Part shown: positions 12,501-26,064 of the stretch, piece by piece
Layout: each line of letters opens with the position of its first letter
Numbering within the stretch: the stretch's first letter is position 1
Assembly: GCF_006345805.1 (NCBI RefSeq)
Contig: NC_043011.1
Span: forward strand, 13,466,464-13,530,463
Source of the DNA: Octopus sinensis
Lineage: Eukaryota
Direction: 5' to 3'
Length of the DNA stretch: 64,000 nucleotides
The notes under the pieces: model-generated
Database searches by the model: none
Told to the model about the DNA's origin: nothing
What the model saw: only the letters and a program-made list of their open reading frames with translations
Program-made: the position numbers and the translations under genes

Positions 12501-15500
12501 GTGTATATTTCTAAGACAGTGACAATGTACAGGCAACTGCCTGGTTGGATTCTGAGATCAATCAGAACATTGAAAAATAAGACCATATTGATCTTATGAA
12601 TCAATATGGTTTTTTTGTCTAGGAAAAGTACTACAAAAAAAGACAGCCAGTACACTCTGTAAAGTGGTTGGCATTAGGAACAGCATCCAGCCATAATAAC
12701 CATTCCAAAGCAGACACTTGAGCTTGGTACAGTCCTCTGGCTTGCCAGCTCATGTCAAACAATCTGATCTGTGACAGCATGGAAAACAGATATTAAATGA
12801 TGATGATGATGATGATGATGTGTGTCTGCCTGTCTGCCTGTCTTTGTGTTTGCCCTCCACCACAGCATGACAACCAGTGTTAGTTTGTTTACATCTCTGT
12901 GGGATGTGTTGGTGGTTTGGCAAAAAGTGTACCACGCTTAAAAACAAGTACTGAGTTCGATATCCTTCTAGGATAGGTTGCAGACGGAAACAGGTAAAAG
13001 ATAAAACATAAAAAGCACCATCCGATCGTGACCGTTTGCAAGCGTCGCCTGGCACCTGTGCAGGTGGCACGTAAAAAGCACCCACTACACTCACGCAGTG
13101 GTTGGCATTAGGAAGGGCATCCAGCTGTAGAAACACTGCCAGATCAGACCGGGCCTGGCGCAGCCTTCTGGCTTCCCAGACCCCAGTTGAACCGTCCAAC
13201 CCATGCTAGCATGGAAAGCGGACGTTAAACGATGATGATGATGATGATGATACAAGATTAAAATGGTTTGCACCTTTTCGTCCAAAGCAAACTGCAGGTC
13301 GTTTTTATCATTGTCACTCAGTTCATACATGTCTGGCATCCCTTTCATGTGGCACGTCTGCCTGTTACCAAGAAGGCCCTCTTCAATAACTTCACAGATT
13401 AAGGTGGACTTCTGAAGCTGCAGTTCTGTTGGAAGAAAGAAAGCTTATGTAATGTTTTGGATTATCCCGTTTTACTAGGTTTTGATTACTATTTATATGA
13501 ATTTATACACAACTTTGAAAGTATTTATTATGAATACTGTACAGTAAGTGTATTGTAGTAAATATAGAGAAGATACAGTAAGTGTACTCTAGTGAAAATA
13601 GAGAAGGTACAGTAAGTGTACTCTAGTGAAAATAGAGAAGGTACAGTAAGTGTACTCTAGTGAAAATAGAGAAGATACAGTAAGTGTACTCTAGTGAAAA
13701 TAGAGAAGGTACAGTAAGTGTACTCTAGTGAAAATAGAGAAGATACAGTAAGTGTACTCTAGTGAAAATAGAGGAGGTACAGTAAGTGTATTCTAGTGGA
13801 AATAGAGGAGGTACAGTAAGTGTACTCTAGTGAAAATAGAGATGTACAGTAAGTGTACTCTAGTGGAAATAGAGGAGGTACAGTAAGTGTACTCTAGTGA
13901 AAATAGAGGAGGTTCAGTAAGTGTATTCTAGGGGAAATAGAAGAGGTACAGTAAGTGTATTCTAGTGAAAATAGAGGATGTACAGTAAGTGTACTCTAGT
14001 GGAAATAGAGGAGGTACAGTAAGTGTACTCTAGTGAAAATAGAGGAGGTACAGTAAGTGTACTCTAGTGAAAATAGAGGAGGTACAGTAAGTGTACTCTA
14101 GTGAAAATAGAGGAGGTACAGTAAGTGTACTCTAGTGAAAATAGAGGAGGTACAGTAAGTGTACTCTAGTGAAAATAGAGGTGGTAGAATAAGTGTATTG
14201 TAATGAACTTAGAGGAGGTACAGTAAGTGTACTCTAGTGAACACAGAAGAGGTATAAAAATTTTAAAAATTAAAAAATTGATGATTATAAAAATATAAGC
14301 ACAAACGTGGCTGTGTGGTAAGAAGTGTGTAGTAAGGTGGTGAGCTGGCAATCATTATATATCTATTATATAAAATCTGTTCTGGCTGTTTGTCTGTGTG
14401 TCTTCTAGGATCTTGGGCATCCCCCATCCGATTGTGCTCAAATTTGATATGTAGACACCGACGGTATCAGGGTGTGTATAAGTCTTGAAAAAATTACAAA
14501 AATAGATTCCAGGTGAGAATGCGATCGATAAAGCCGTGGGAACGTACATTTGTACATGCATCCGTCGATCCAATTACTGACCCAGAGCAAGTCATGGTGT
14601 ACCTGACTGAGTTTCTTAATTCACAAGAACCATTGGGTTTGCCACCCCATAAACTTTGCCTCAAGGTTGGAAGTCCCATTATTCTCCTCCGAAACTTGGA
14701 ATCCCCACGACTTTGTAATAACACTCGGTTGGTTCTCACTCAACTTTTGGATGACGTTCTCGAGGCAAAAGTTATCACAGGTCAAGGAGCAGGGGATGTT
14801 GTTTTTATTTCCTGCATGCCATTGATTCCGTCGGGCTGTGTTTACCCGATGAAACACATTCAATTCCCTATTCACATGAGCTTCGCGATGACTATCAACA
14901 AAGCACAGGGGTAGTCATTGAAAGTCGTGGGGTTGGACTTCAGCACTCCCTGCTTTTCGCACTGACAACTATTATATAAAATCTGTTCTGGCTGTTCGAG
15001 GGTTGACTGTTCAACAAACTTTTTCTACTACGCTGCAGATGGAATAACAAGGAATGTGGTTTACAAGGCTGCGCTCCACTAGTTTTTCCATGCCCTTGAA
15101 CATCCTGTAAAGTAAGTTAGCTTAAAATTAGTTACTTAGGTTGTTGCTTTTCATCAAAAATCACCCCAAGTTGATTTCCTACATGTTTTATTGGATAAAC
15201 TTATTATTGTCCCAGGTACGTTCTCATAAATTCATCATGCTTTTCCATCTAGATTTACCTCTAGCTAACCCATTTGCAGGCATCATTTTTGTTCTGCTTT
15301 TCTTCTGTCAACCTGTACATAATTGCACCTTCCATTTTTTGTTGTTTTTGTACTGCTTAAAGGCATGTTTCTTTCCTGCCAAGCTTACTGTTTAAACCAT
15401 GTTTGTGTTCTCCCAGTCAACAGCCTTATCATTACTGGTACTTTAAACTCTTTGGCTGCATATTTGTGCGAATAAAATCGTTTTTCTTTGGAATAGAAAA

Positions 15501-15670
15501 AAAGTCTATCTTTATTTCTTCTTTTGCTGGTGTCTCAAATTTAGGTTAAATCAGTGTTTCTCAAAGGGGAGACCTATGGGACAGTGGACAAGTTGTTTTG
15601 AGAAAATTTGGTTTAAATGTTTGACAACTCAGCACCGTCCATTGGACGGGGCGGGGGGGCGTTTTGCTCG

Positions 15671-15704
<34 letters not shown>

Positions 15705-17199
15705 CATATATCTATGTGTATCTTTGTGTATGTGTTTGTAAATCCACCCTCCTTTCATCACTTGACCACTAGTGTTGGTGTATTTACATCCCCATAACTT
15801 AGTGGTTCATCAAAGAGGCCGATAGAATAAGTACAACCCACCCACCCACCCACCCACCCACTGTACCCCACCATAAAACCATAATATACATTAAAAGAAA
15901 ACACAAACCTTTATCTACAACCATAAGTGAAAGAGGTCCATCCTCAATGACAATGATACTGTCAACCTTAGCATAGTCAATAAGTTTCTGCTGATCTATA
16001 TACAGGAAGCTATCATCCATATTGTTGATGTTTTCTGAGTCATAGCTGATTCGTACGACTGATCGATGTTTAAAGAATATTTCTCTTCCAAGTTCCTGAA
16101 TTTAAAAGAAATCAGTAGAACTAATGAATTATTTACAATTTTCTTCAGTTTCTGAAATATGTGAATGGTTACATATTTTCTGTAATCAGAACATAAATAA
16201 AATAAGTAGCCTAGGCTAGTCAATATTTTTATTGTTATCTATTTTCCAGTTTTATATCTATACCATATCTTCCTATTTATTTTACACAACCTTGCACATT
16301 CTTTGTGTTATTACTTAAACAAATGAAAACATAGGTATTGGGTAAATCACTAAGAAACACATTTAATCCCTCTTATGCCTCACTTTTCTCTCAATGCAGT
16401 TGTGCTTTATTGGTCATGCACACTGATGTTGCAAATCCAATGGAGCATACTACCTTCATTCCTCTTCAGTCTATGCATGTCCTCTATATTCACAGCCCGT
16501 GACTAATATAGCAACGTAATATATATATATGGATCTTTTCCTTTTGAATGGCAGTTTTCAACAAAATTTGTAGTTAACTAAACACTTTTAAACTTCGTAT
16601 ACTGGTAGAATGTGTCAAAATAAAACATTTTTTTCTCTTGGCTTTCTTGAGAAAATTGTAATTTGTAAGTTTAACGTAGTTTAATTTTTCGAATTTTAAC
16701 CAATCAATGGCCTCTATTGAGCTAAAATCATTTGCTGCGTCTAAAACTGAGACAACATCCTGTCACTAACCCTAACCCTTTCATTTTTTTTTCTTAATTG
16801 TTAAATTAAAATTATTTTCCATTGCTTTCATTTTAGCCTTTTGTTTTTCTTTTCTTAATTGTTATCCTTAAATTAATTAATATAAGTGGCTATATTTATA
16901 TTGAAGTGATTTTACTACTACTACTACTACTATTTTTACAATAATCATTTCTTAAATATAGCAACGAAACACATGTCGTTATTCTACCAAATATATACGA
17001 TTTATTTATTATTTTGCACATTACTTAATCATCTGTATCTTTTTTATCTTATATTTAATATTTCTATTATATGTAATTTTCTAGATGGTGTAATTTAATT
17101 TTTCATTTTAAATTGATAAAAGGTGGGTTTTCTAATTTATATATATATATATATGCGTGTGTGTGTGTATTCACATATATATATGTATATGTATACATT

Positions 17200-17249
<50 letters not shown>

Positions 17250-20200
17250 CACACATATATCCATATACATATATATAAATATACAGATTAGAAAATTACT
17301 ATTTTTAAATCTCACAACATGAGATACTCAGCAACAGCACTTTGTAGTAAAGATTGTGTGCCAACACAACATGGCAGTCCCGGCCTAGGAGCAATGTTGC
17401 CGCAATTCAGCCCCAGGAGACATCATCTCCAGCCGGCTGTACGACACAATCTTTGTCCTTATATTTTCGAACAAGGGAAGCTAGCACCCCCACTCAGCTC
17501 AAAACAATATCTGTGTATCGCGATTTCTGGGTTATTTTCGTTCATCAGCATAGAATATTTGTTCAGCTAGAGGTGGCGCTGCCTAATTTGCATTCGAAAA
17601 TATAAGGACACAGATCGCGTCATACACTTTCGGAAACATTTTTTCACGCTCAGGGTTGCTGAAGCGTGGAATAAACTGCCTGCATCAGTTGTTGACTGCC
17701 ATGACACTGCATCCTTTAAGGCCCTCATGCTTCCCGAAATCTGTCGAAACTACACCTGATTATATATACACTTTAGATGAGTTGTAGTGCACCTGAGCAC
17801 TGTACACAATTATTGTTATTATTATTAAACTCACTGGCTCAATTGTTCTACATTCACAGAAAGGGGATTCCACATTATTGTCCCATTTCACATGGATTTG
17901 GCGAGTGTTTCCTAATCTATTTTCCCCAGGCTCCACTATAACTTTCCAGAAAAATATAGGCTCCCACCAGTGGCTGGAAAAATGTATAGGTGTAGTATGT
18001 TTGCTGTGCAAAAAAGATTTTCACAATTCTATGTCCCACTAAAAAATTTTGGATCTCAATCTTCCCAGGCCCCACATCGGGAATCACTGGATTAGGCCAA
18101 ATCCAACACAAATTTGATTCAGATATTTCCGTTGTTCCAAACCCTTTGACAATCTCACCATGACTGCTGTTAGAAATATACTGTGAATTGGGTTAACATT
18201 ACTTTGGCAACGGGTAGTGTCAGAGCTATGTCGTCGGGAACTTTGGTTTCCTGGTAGGGCCACCCAAGGCGGATTGGTCTGACACCGAGTGGTATTAGGG
18301 CCACAACCTGGTGAAAATCCTCGGAGTGTCTGTTTCGGCAACCGGTGGCTCCTCAGTCGTTCTGTGCCTGCGTCTGCAGACAATCTGCAGCAAACAGGAT
18401 GTCTCTACATGCAGTTGTTGGGAACCGCTTGTGAAATCCACATATTCCCACGAAACTTCTTCCATGAATTCTCAATGCTCCGAGGGTGATAGAAGAAGCC
18501 GACTCAACCCACCCAGGGTGAATGTTGCCACAAGTACAAGTACATAGAGTAAGTAACATTACTTTCAGCCTTTCATTCTTTTAGAATGGTAAGAGTTGTA
18601 CTGGCATCACTATTTTGTGTAGTGATTGTTATTCATTTATAGCAATGAAACAAATCTAATAAAATTCTGAGAATTGTAGATTATCATGTTGTCTTTGAGT
18701 GAAGATTTGGTCAGCAAAATTGAATTATAAATAATATTTTCTCGATAATGCTTTCACAATGAAAGAGAATTTAACCAATGAGGGAGCAACTATGCTGTCA
18801 CTTAATCTACTAGAAATAACAGCTGAATTAAGGCGGTGAGATGGCAGAAACGTTAGCACGCTGGACGAAATACTTAGGGGTATTTTGTTCATCGCTACGA
18901 TCTGAGTTCAAATTCCGCCGAGGTCGACTTTACCTTTCATCCTTTCGGGGTCGATAAATTAAGTACCAGTTACGCACTGGGGTAGATGTAATCAACTTAA
19001 TCCGTCTGTCCGTCCTTGTTTGTCCCCTCTATGTTTAGCCCCTTGTGGGCAATGAAAAAAAAAAAAGAAATAACAGCTGAATCCCCATCAGATCACATTT
19101 CACTATTTTAGAAACCTGGGAAAAAGATGGAAAGTCCCAAATGGAAAATGTTTTTGATCATAGATTTGCCTATGTTGACTTAGGGGTGAACCAATAACAA
19201 TAGCTGGCGCATACTCTCTCTCTCTTTCTCTCTCTCATACTCTCACACACATGCATAAAAACATGAGTAAAATCCTTTATGCATTATTTAGTGATTTATA
19301 TCTGAATACGTACAATGAGTAAATTATTACATTCAGTAGAGTGTAGCAAATCCCAAACAAACTTACCGGTTTAAGCTTGCCGAGTCTGACCTCTGGCCCA
19401 GCAATGTCAATGGCAATACCGACTGGGGAATGATTCGTTAGCAACTCGTTAGAAACTTGGCGGATATTCGTTATAAATCTGCTGTGATACTATAACAAAA
19501 AGTTTTAAATATTTAATTAATATTTAATTATATATCGGAGTGGTTGGCGTTAGGAAGGGCATCCAGCTGTAGAAACATTGCCAGATAAGACCGGAGCCTG
19601 GTGCAGCCTTCTGGCTTCCCAGATCCTCGGTCGAACCGTCCAACACATGCTAGCATGGAGAACGGACGTTAAACGATGATGATGATAATGATGACATCAG
19701 AAAAATTTGGTAGTTATCAACAATACATAATTATCATTTACATGCCTTCAACTGCAGTATAAAGTCTGCCATAAAATATCAGCTTTTTATTTGCAGTTGT
19801 TGTTGTTGTCACAAACTATTGCACTATAATAGTTTAAACTAAATACTTACCATACAAACTTCATGTTTATTATTTTTGCTCTAATCTAAATACTAGCAGC
19901 CATACCCAGCCTTAACTGGCTTTATTAATCCCTAAAAAGAATATAATCTCATGAAAAAGTGCCACACCCTAGCAGTTGAGGGAACCTGTGGAAGAGGCAG
20001 ACCAAGGAAAACCTGGGACGAGGTGGTGAAGCACGACCTTCGAACTTTAGGTCTCACCGAGGAAATGACTAGTGACTGAGACCTTTGGAAGTATGCTGTG
20101 CATGAGAAGACCCAGCAGGACAAGTGAGACCATAACCTGTGGCCTCTACATGGGATGTAGCCAGTCCACTTATGCATACTTTTCCTTCTTGGGACACAAA

Positions 20201-23200
20201 ACTCTACTTGTGAAGACCTGTTGAAGCAAGTGAAATCGAAATCGAAATCGATCAACATCAATGGAAATTGCAGTTGTGATACCAGTGCCAGTGGTACGTA
20301 AGAGAACCATCTGAATGTGGCTATTGCCAGCGCCGCCCCGGCATGCCTCGTGCCGGTGGCATGTAAAAAGCACCATCTGATCGTGGCCGTTGCCAGCCTT
20401 GCCTGGCCCCTGTGCCAGTGGCACATAAAAAGCACCATCCGATCATGGCCCGTTGCCAGCCTCGTCTAGCACCTGTGCCGGTGGCACGTAAAAAGCACCC
20501 ACTACACTCACGGAGTGGTTGGCGTTAGGAAGGGCATCCAGCTGTAGAAACACTGCCAGATCAGACTGGGCCTGGTGCAGCCTTCTGGCTTCCCAGACCC
20601 CAGTTTGAACCGTCCAACCCATGCTAGCATGGAAAGCGGACACTAAACGATAACGATGATGAATTCACTAAATTTTTGATAAACTGCTTTAATCCTTTAA
20701 CATTCACATTACTCCGTCAAATGTAATGCTTATTTATTAACATTGTTTTGAATCAATCATGCATTATTTTGTAGCGTGGAGATTTTCATGAGGAAACTGT
20801 TCATTTTTAGAACAAATAAAAGATGCTGATAAACTTCAGCTGACCCAAGAATGGTGATTCACTCAGAACTGCTGCATTCAAGCTATCCAGAAGATGGATC
20901 TAGTTCAGTTTTATAAAAATGCACCCCGGAAATACAGAAGCTAAAAGAAAATTTAACCCATATAATTTTCCTTATTTTCTTGGAAAATATACTTTTTTTT
21001 CAAAATACAGGACTAATATACATAATAACTATAAATAAATTATTTTTGTAATTAGTAACTTTTTCCAATATTTATTGCAGTGCTTGGTCCTATACAGTAT
21101 TCTGAGTTTTTTTTCTTCTGTCTGGAACTAAAAAGAACAAACTTTAGAAAAAGTCACATAGTCTATGAACCTTCTCATTGCAAAAAAAGTACTCCGCATA
21201 AAAATCCAGCAATGTGCTGGTGCCATATAAAAGCATCCATGCTGGCGCTGTGTACAAGCACTCAGTAGGCTCTGTAAAGTGGTTGGCGTTAGGAAGAGCA
21301 TCCAGCTGTGGAAGCCATGCCAAAACAAACACGGAGCCGGGGCAACTCTTCAGTTGGCCAACTTCTGTCAAACCATCCAATCGATGCCAACATGGAAAAC
21401 AGACATTAAATGATGATGATGATGATGATGTGGGTACAAAAACTGTGGCTTACAACTTGAATCATATACACATTCAGATTGTTTGTTCCTTCTCGAGCCA
21501 TGCCTGGCTCATAAGGGCCGGTTTCCCGGTTTCCTTGGCATATAGATTCCCCACCTGGACGGGATGCTGGTCATCACAGGTGAGCTGCAAGATGCAGGAG
21601 GAAAGAGTGAAAGAAAGTTGTGGCGAAAGAGTCAGCAGAAGTTTGCCATTACCTTCTGCCGGAGCTACGTGGAGCTTAGGTGTTTTGCTCATACACACAC
21701 ATCACCAGGTCTGAGATTCAAACCCACGATCCCTCAACCGCGAGCCCACTGCTCTAACCACTAGGCCATATGCCTCCACATAGATTAAAATTAAAGAGTA
21801 CTAGCTGGTCATGTTTTTCTTCACCTAATTCTGAGACTGTACCTTATCAAGTTGAAGCACTTTTTTCTAAATATATGAAATGTCTGGCTACCATCTTCAT
21901 AGACCACAGTTGAGAAGAAACTTAATAATCTGCTACATTTATAAATATAATGGTATTCAGAGACAACAAAGAAATTTCACTTGATCTAGAAGAAATAGCA
22001 GTCAAATACTCTCAAGTCTCACCCTGCCATCTTGGGACAAGATCACACTGGACAATGTAGTCCTAGATACACGAAAACACAGAATGTTCATAGCTGGAAT
22101 ATCAACATAGATCTGCTCAATTAGGGCTGATTCAAGGTTAAATAACATTTACATAATACCTATTTCTTTATTGCCCACAAGGGGCTAAACACAGAGAGGA
22201 CAAACAAGGACAGACAAAGGAATTAAGTCGATTATATCGACCCCAGTGCATAACTGGTACTTAATTTATCGACCCCAAAAGGTTGAAAGGCAAAGTCGAC
22301 CTCGGCGGGATTTGAACTCAGAACATAACGGCAGACGAAATACGGTTATGCATTTCACCCAGTGTGCTAACGTTTCTGCCAGCTCACCCGCCTTGTAACA
22401 TTTACATAATAACATTTCTTCATTTAAATGCAGTAATTTACATTCAAATCATTTTTTATTTATGCAAATGCTAGAAAAAAGAAATGCCCATACAAGAATT
22501 AATTGGAAATTGAGAAATTTGTATTTTTACTGGAAATATATTAAATCTAGACATACACCTTCATATCACACACACAAAATATATAAATAAATAAATAAAT
22601 AGGCGCAGGAGTGGCTGTGTGGTAAGTAGCTTGCTTAACAACCACATGGTTCCGGGTTCAGTCCCACTGCATGGCACATTGGGCAAGTGTCTTCTACTAT
22701 AGCCTCAGGCTGACCAAAGCCTTGTGAGTGGATTTGGTAGACGGAAACTGAAAGAAGCCCGTCGTATATATGTATATATATGCGTGTATGTGTTTGTGTG
22801 TCTGTGTTTGTACCCCCAACATCGCCCGATAACCGATGCTGGTGTGTTTACGTCCCCGTAACTTAGCAGTTCAGAAAAAGAGACCGATAGAATAAGTACT
22901 AGGCTTACAAAGAATAAGTCCTGGGGGTCAATTTCCTCGACTAAAGGCGGTGCTCCAGCATGGCCGCAGTCAAATGACTGAAACAAGTAAAAAGAGAGGG
23001 TAAATAAATAAATAAAACCTTCAGCATAAACTACTGATGTAGGCCTTGAAGCATGTCTTGCAGTAAGTCTCACAACTCTTGGTCTCAAGACATATTTACA
23101 AAGTATATAATCATCACCATCATCATCATGCTCAACATCTGACATTCACTTTTCTATACTTGCACAGATCAGACAATTTATTGAGGGAGCTTTTTTTATA

Positions 23201-26011
23201 GTTTGATCCCCTTCTGGTTATCAATCCTCACCTATTTCCAAGCAAGACAATATTTCTCAATGGCCAGACGTCTTTGTAGAAAATTGGAAACAGATGACAT
23301 TCCTTGTATGACATTGAGGGCCATTTTTAATGATCACCAGATGTCAAGACAAGGAGACACAAACATGCACGTACCCACACACACATATCCCCACCCACAT
23401 ACATGGGATTCTTTCAGTTTTATTCAATTAAATCTGATTACAAGTCTTTGGTTGCCCTGGGTGCTGTACAGTAGAGCTGTGGAGGCACATGGCCTAGTGG
23501 TTAGAGCAGCGGACTCGTGGTCGAGGGATCGCGGGTTCGAATCTCAGACCAGGCGATGTGTGTGTTTATGAGCAAAACACCTAAGCTCCACGCGGCTCCG
23601 ACAGAAGGTAATGGCGAAACTTCTGCTGTCTCTTTCGCCACAACTTTCTCTCACTCTTTCCTCCTGCATCTTGCAGCTCACCTGCAATGGACCGGTGTTC
23701 CGTCCAGGTGGGGAACCTATATGTCAAGGAAACCAGGAAACCGGCCCTTATGAGCCAGGCATGGCTCAAGAAGGAACAAACAACAGTAGAGCTGGACCCA
23801 GAACCTTGGGGTTGAGAAGCAAACTTGTTAACCACACACCCATGCCTCAATAATATAAATGTATAACTTACAGAATAGCGATCACCATAGGCCATAACCA
23901 AACGGAATATGTTTACTCCAGCTTTTATCATATCCTTAAGTACTTCAATGTCATCACAAGCAGGACCTGTTTAGGCAAAAAGAATTGTTGATGAGGGTAG
24001 CCTTACATGGATTAACCTTTTCTCACATTAAATGACTTACTTCACATGTTTTTCTTGTTTTTAAATTTTAATTAATCAAAGGAAGAAGGGCAGCTCTTAT
24101 GAACCCTAATGCTTACCCAGTCTGGTGAAATCTATGGGGTTCACTTCAAACTTCTGTAAATTGCGGGTAGGGGAAGGAACTGAGAGGACTTAATTGTTTT
24201 TTGTCCTCTGGGGATTGTTAATTGTTGGGAGAAGTATTTGGGATTTAGGAGTGTGACACCATTCCACTCATGACCATCTTGTCTTTTCTTTAGCACAGTT
24301 TATATAAGACACTTCCTAAAGCCAACCAGTTACAAAGTGTACTGGGTGCTTTTTACATGACATAAACAATGGGCTTCTGCACAGTATCCATGTACCATAG
24401 ATTGCTACAGATTGCCTCCTTGTAAGTCAACTCAAAGCTATTTATGGCTGAATCAAGTTATGCAAGGTGCTGCACAGAGACATGAAATCCAGAATCACAT
24501 GGTTGTGAAACAAACTTCATAACCACACAGCCATGCTTGCACTCTACGTTCTAAGTTCAAATTCCACCGAGGTCAATAAATTAAGTACCAGTTACGCACT
24601 GGGGTCAATAAAATCGCCTGTCCTTGTTTGTCCCTTCTATGTTTAGCCCCTTGTGGGTAATAAAGAAACACATTTTAACCAGACTGTCTGAGCCGACTAG
24701 AGTGGAAGTAAGATTTCTTGACTAGATTTGATATGTGAGTTCAGCATATGTAATGTGTTTTTGAACTTATATATTGTTCAGGCAAAGAAAGGATTAAGAT
24801 AAAAAAAAACTGTTTTCTTCGTAATTTTTTTGTTTTTGTTTTTAATTTTTAAGTCTAGATGAGTGAGTAGAGACCATGACCATTGCAGGCCCACCAAGGT
24901 TGGTGTGGTTGATACTATTAATGTCCTCTTTAAACTATTATAGGTCAACACTTGCAAAAAACACATGAGTAAGGAGGAGATTCCAGAGGGATGATGTTCT
25001 AAGGATGAAGGATTGAGCAGTGTGATTAATGAGAGGCTGGAGAGGAGTTGGACAACATCAAGTGTGCTGAGAGGATGAGGAGGGATGAGTGAGTCAGGGG
25101 TATCTGAGAGGTTGATGTATGAGACCAGCCAGCTATGAGGAGTGAAGGTCATTATAAAAAAGTTTTAGAAAAGACAGACAGAAGAGACTGCATGCCAGTG
25201 GGCCAGAGGCTGGAGTGAGTCTTTTAGTGATGGAGTGCCAATCAATTGAGTAGCCTTTCTCTGGATGTGATCCAGGATGTCAGTGTGTGTGTGAGTGTGT
25301 GTGTGTGTGTGTAGCAGCATTGTCCAGATATGTGAATAGTACTCCATTATTGCTTCCACCGGAACCTTGTAGTGTGTTGGCAACTGTTGGAGGCTTAAAT
25401 ATCAGCTGACTCCAAAAGAAAGGATTAGTCTTTATGAAGTGGTCCTAGCCATACTAACGATGCACTTTCATTCAGAGAGACAGTATATGACAGTTAAGTG
25501 ATAGTAACGTTAACATTTGGACAACTGTGAGGGATCATGTTTAGAGGGGCTATGAAGCAGTGGTGTTTTCTTAATATAAGTAGTGCTTGAGGTTTTCAAC
25601 TGTCATTGTCCCACTAGAGAAACCAATGTAGGTTTGGTGCATGGCATCCGGGTTACATGTGGATAGTGCAAGGTTGGGGAAAGTTAAAGAGAAATGATGG
25701 ATTATGTCATTTGCATAAGAGGATGTTGTTGGATGTGGTGTCAAGCAGGTCATTAATGTACAGAAGGAAGAAAGTTGGGGACAAGTCCAAATCATGGGGA
25801 ACACAAGTGTTGATTGACATTGGGCCAGAAAGAGCTCTGTCGGTGCATGCTGAAATGGTGTGATCTGACAGGAAGCTACTGAGTCGGGAGATGAGAAAAA
25901 CAAGGAGCCCCTAGGTTAGAAGTTTAGATGGGAGTATCTGTATGCCAACACAGTCAAAGGCTTTGCAACATCATTTTCACTGAACTTCTCTGGTGAATAA
26001 CTGGTTCACTG

Positions 26012-26064
<53 letters not shown>

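Noticed and set aside
13539-14240. CRISPR-like array (34-bp repeats; also the 61-bp repeats at 27471-27780)
   Set aside because: Repeats are head-to-tail with no unique spacers, there are no cas genes, and the context is eukaryotic.
22602-23560. tRNA genes at SINE heads
   Set aside because: A/B boxes are present but continue into SINE bodies with TSDs; there is no complete cloverleaf.
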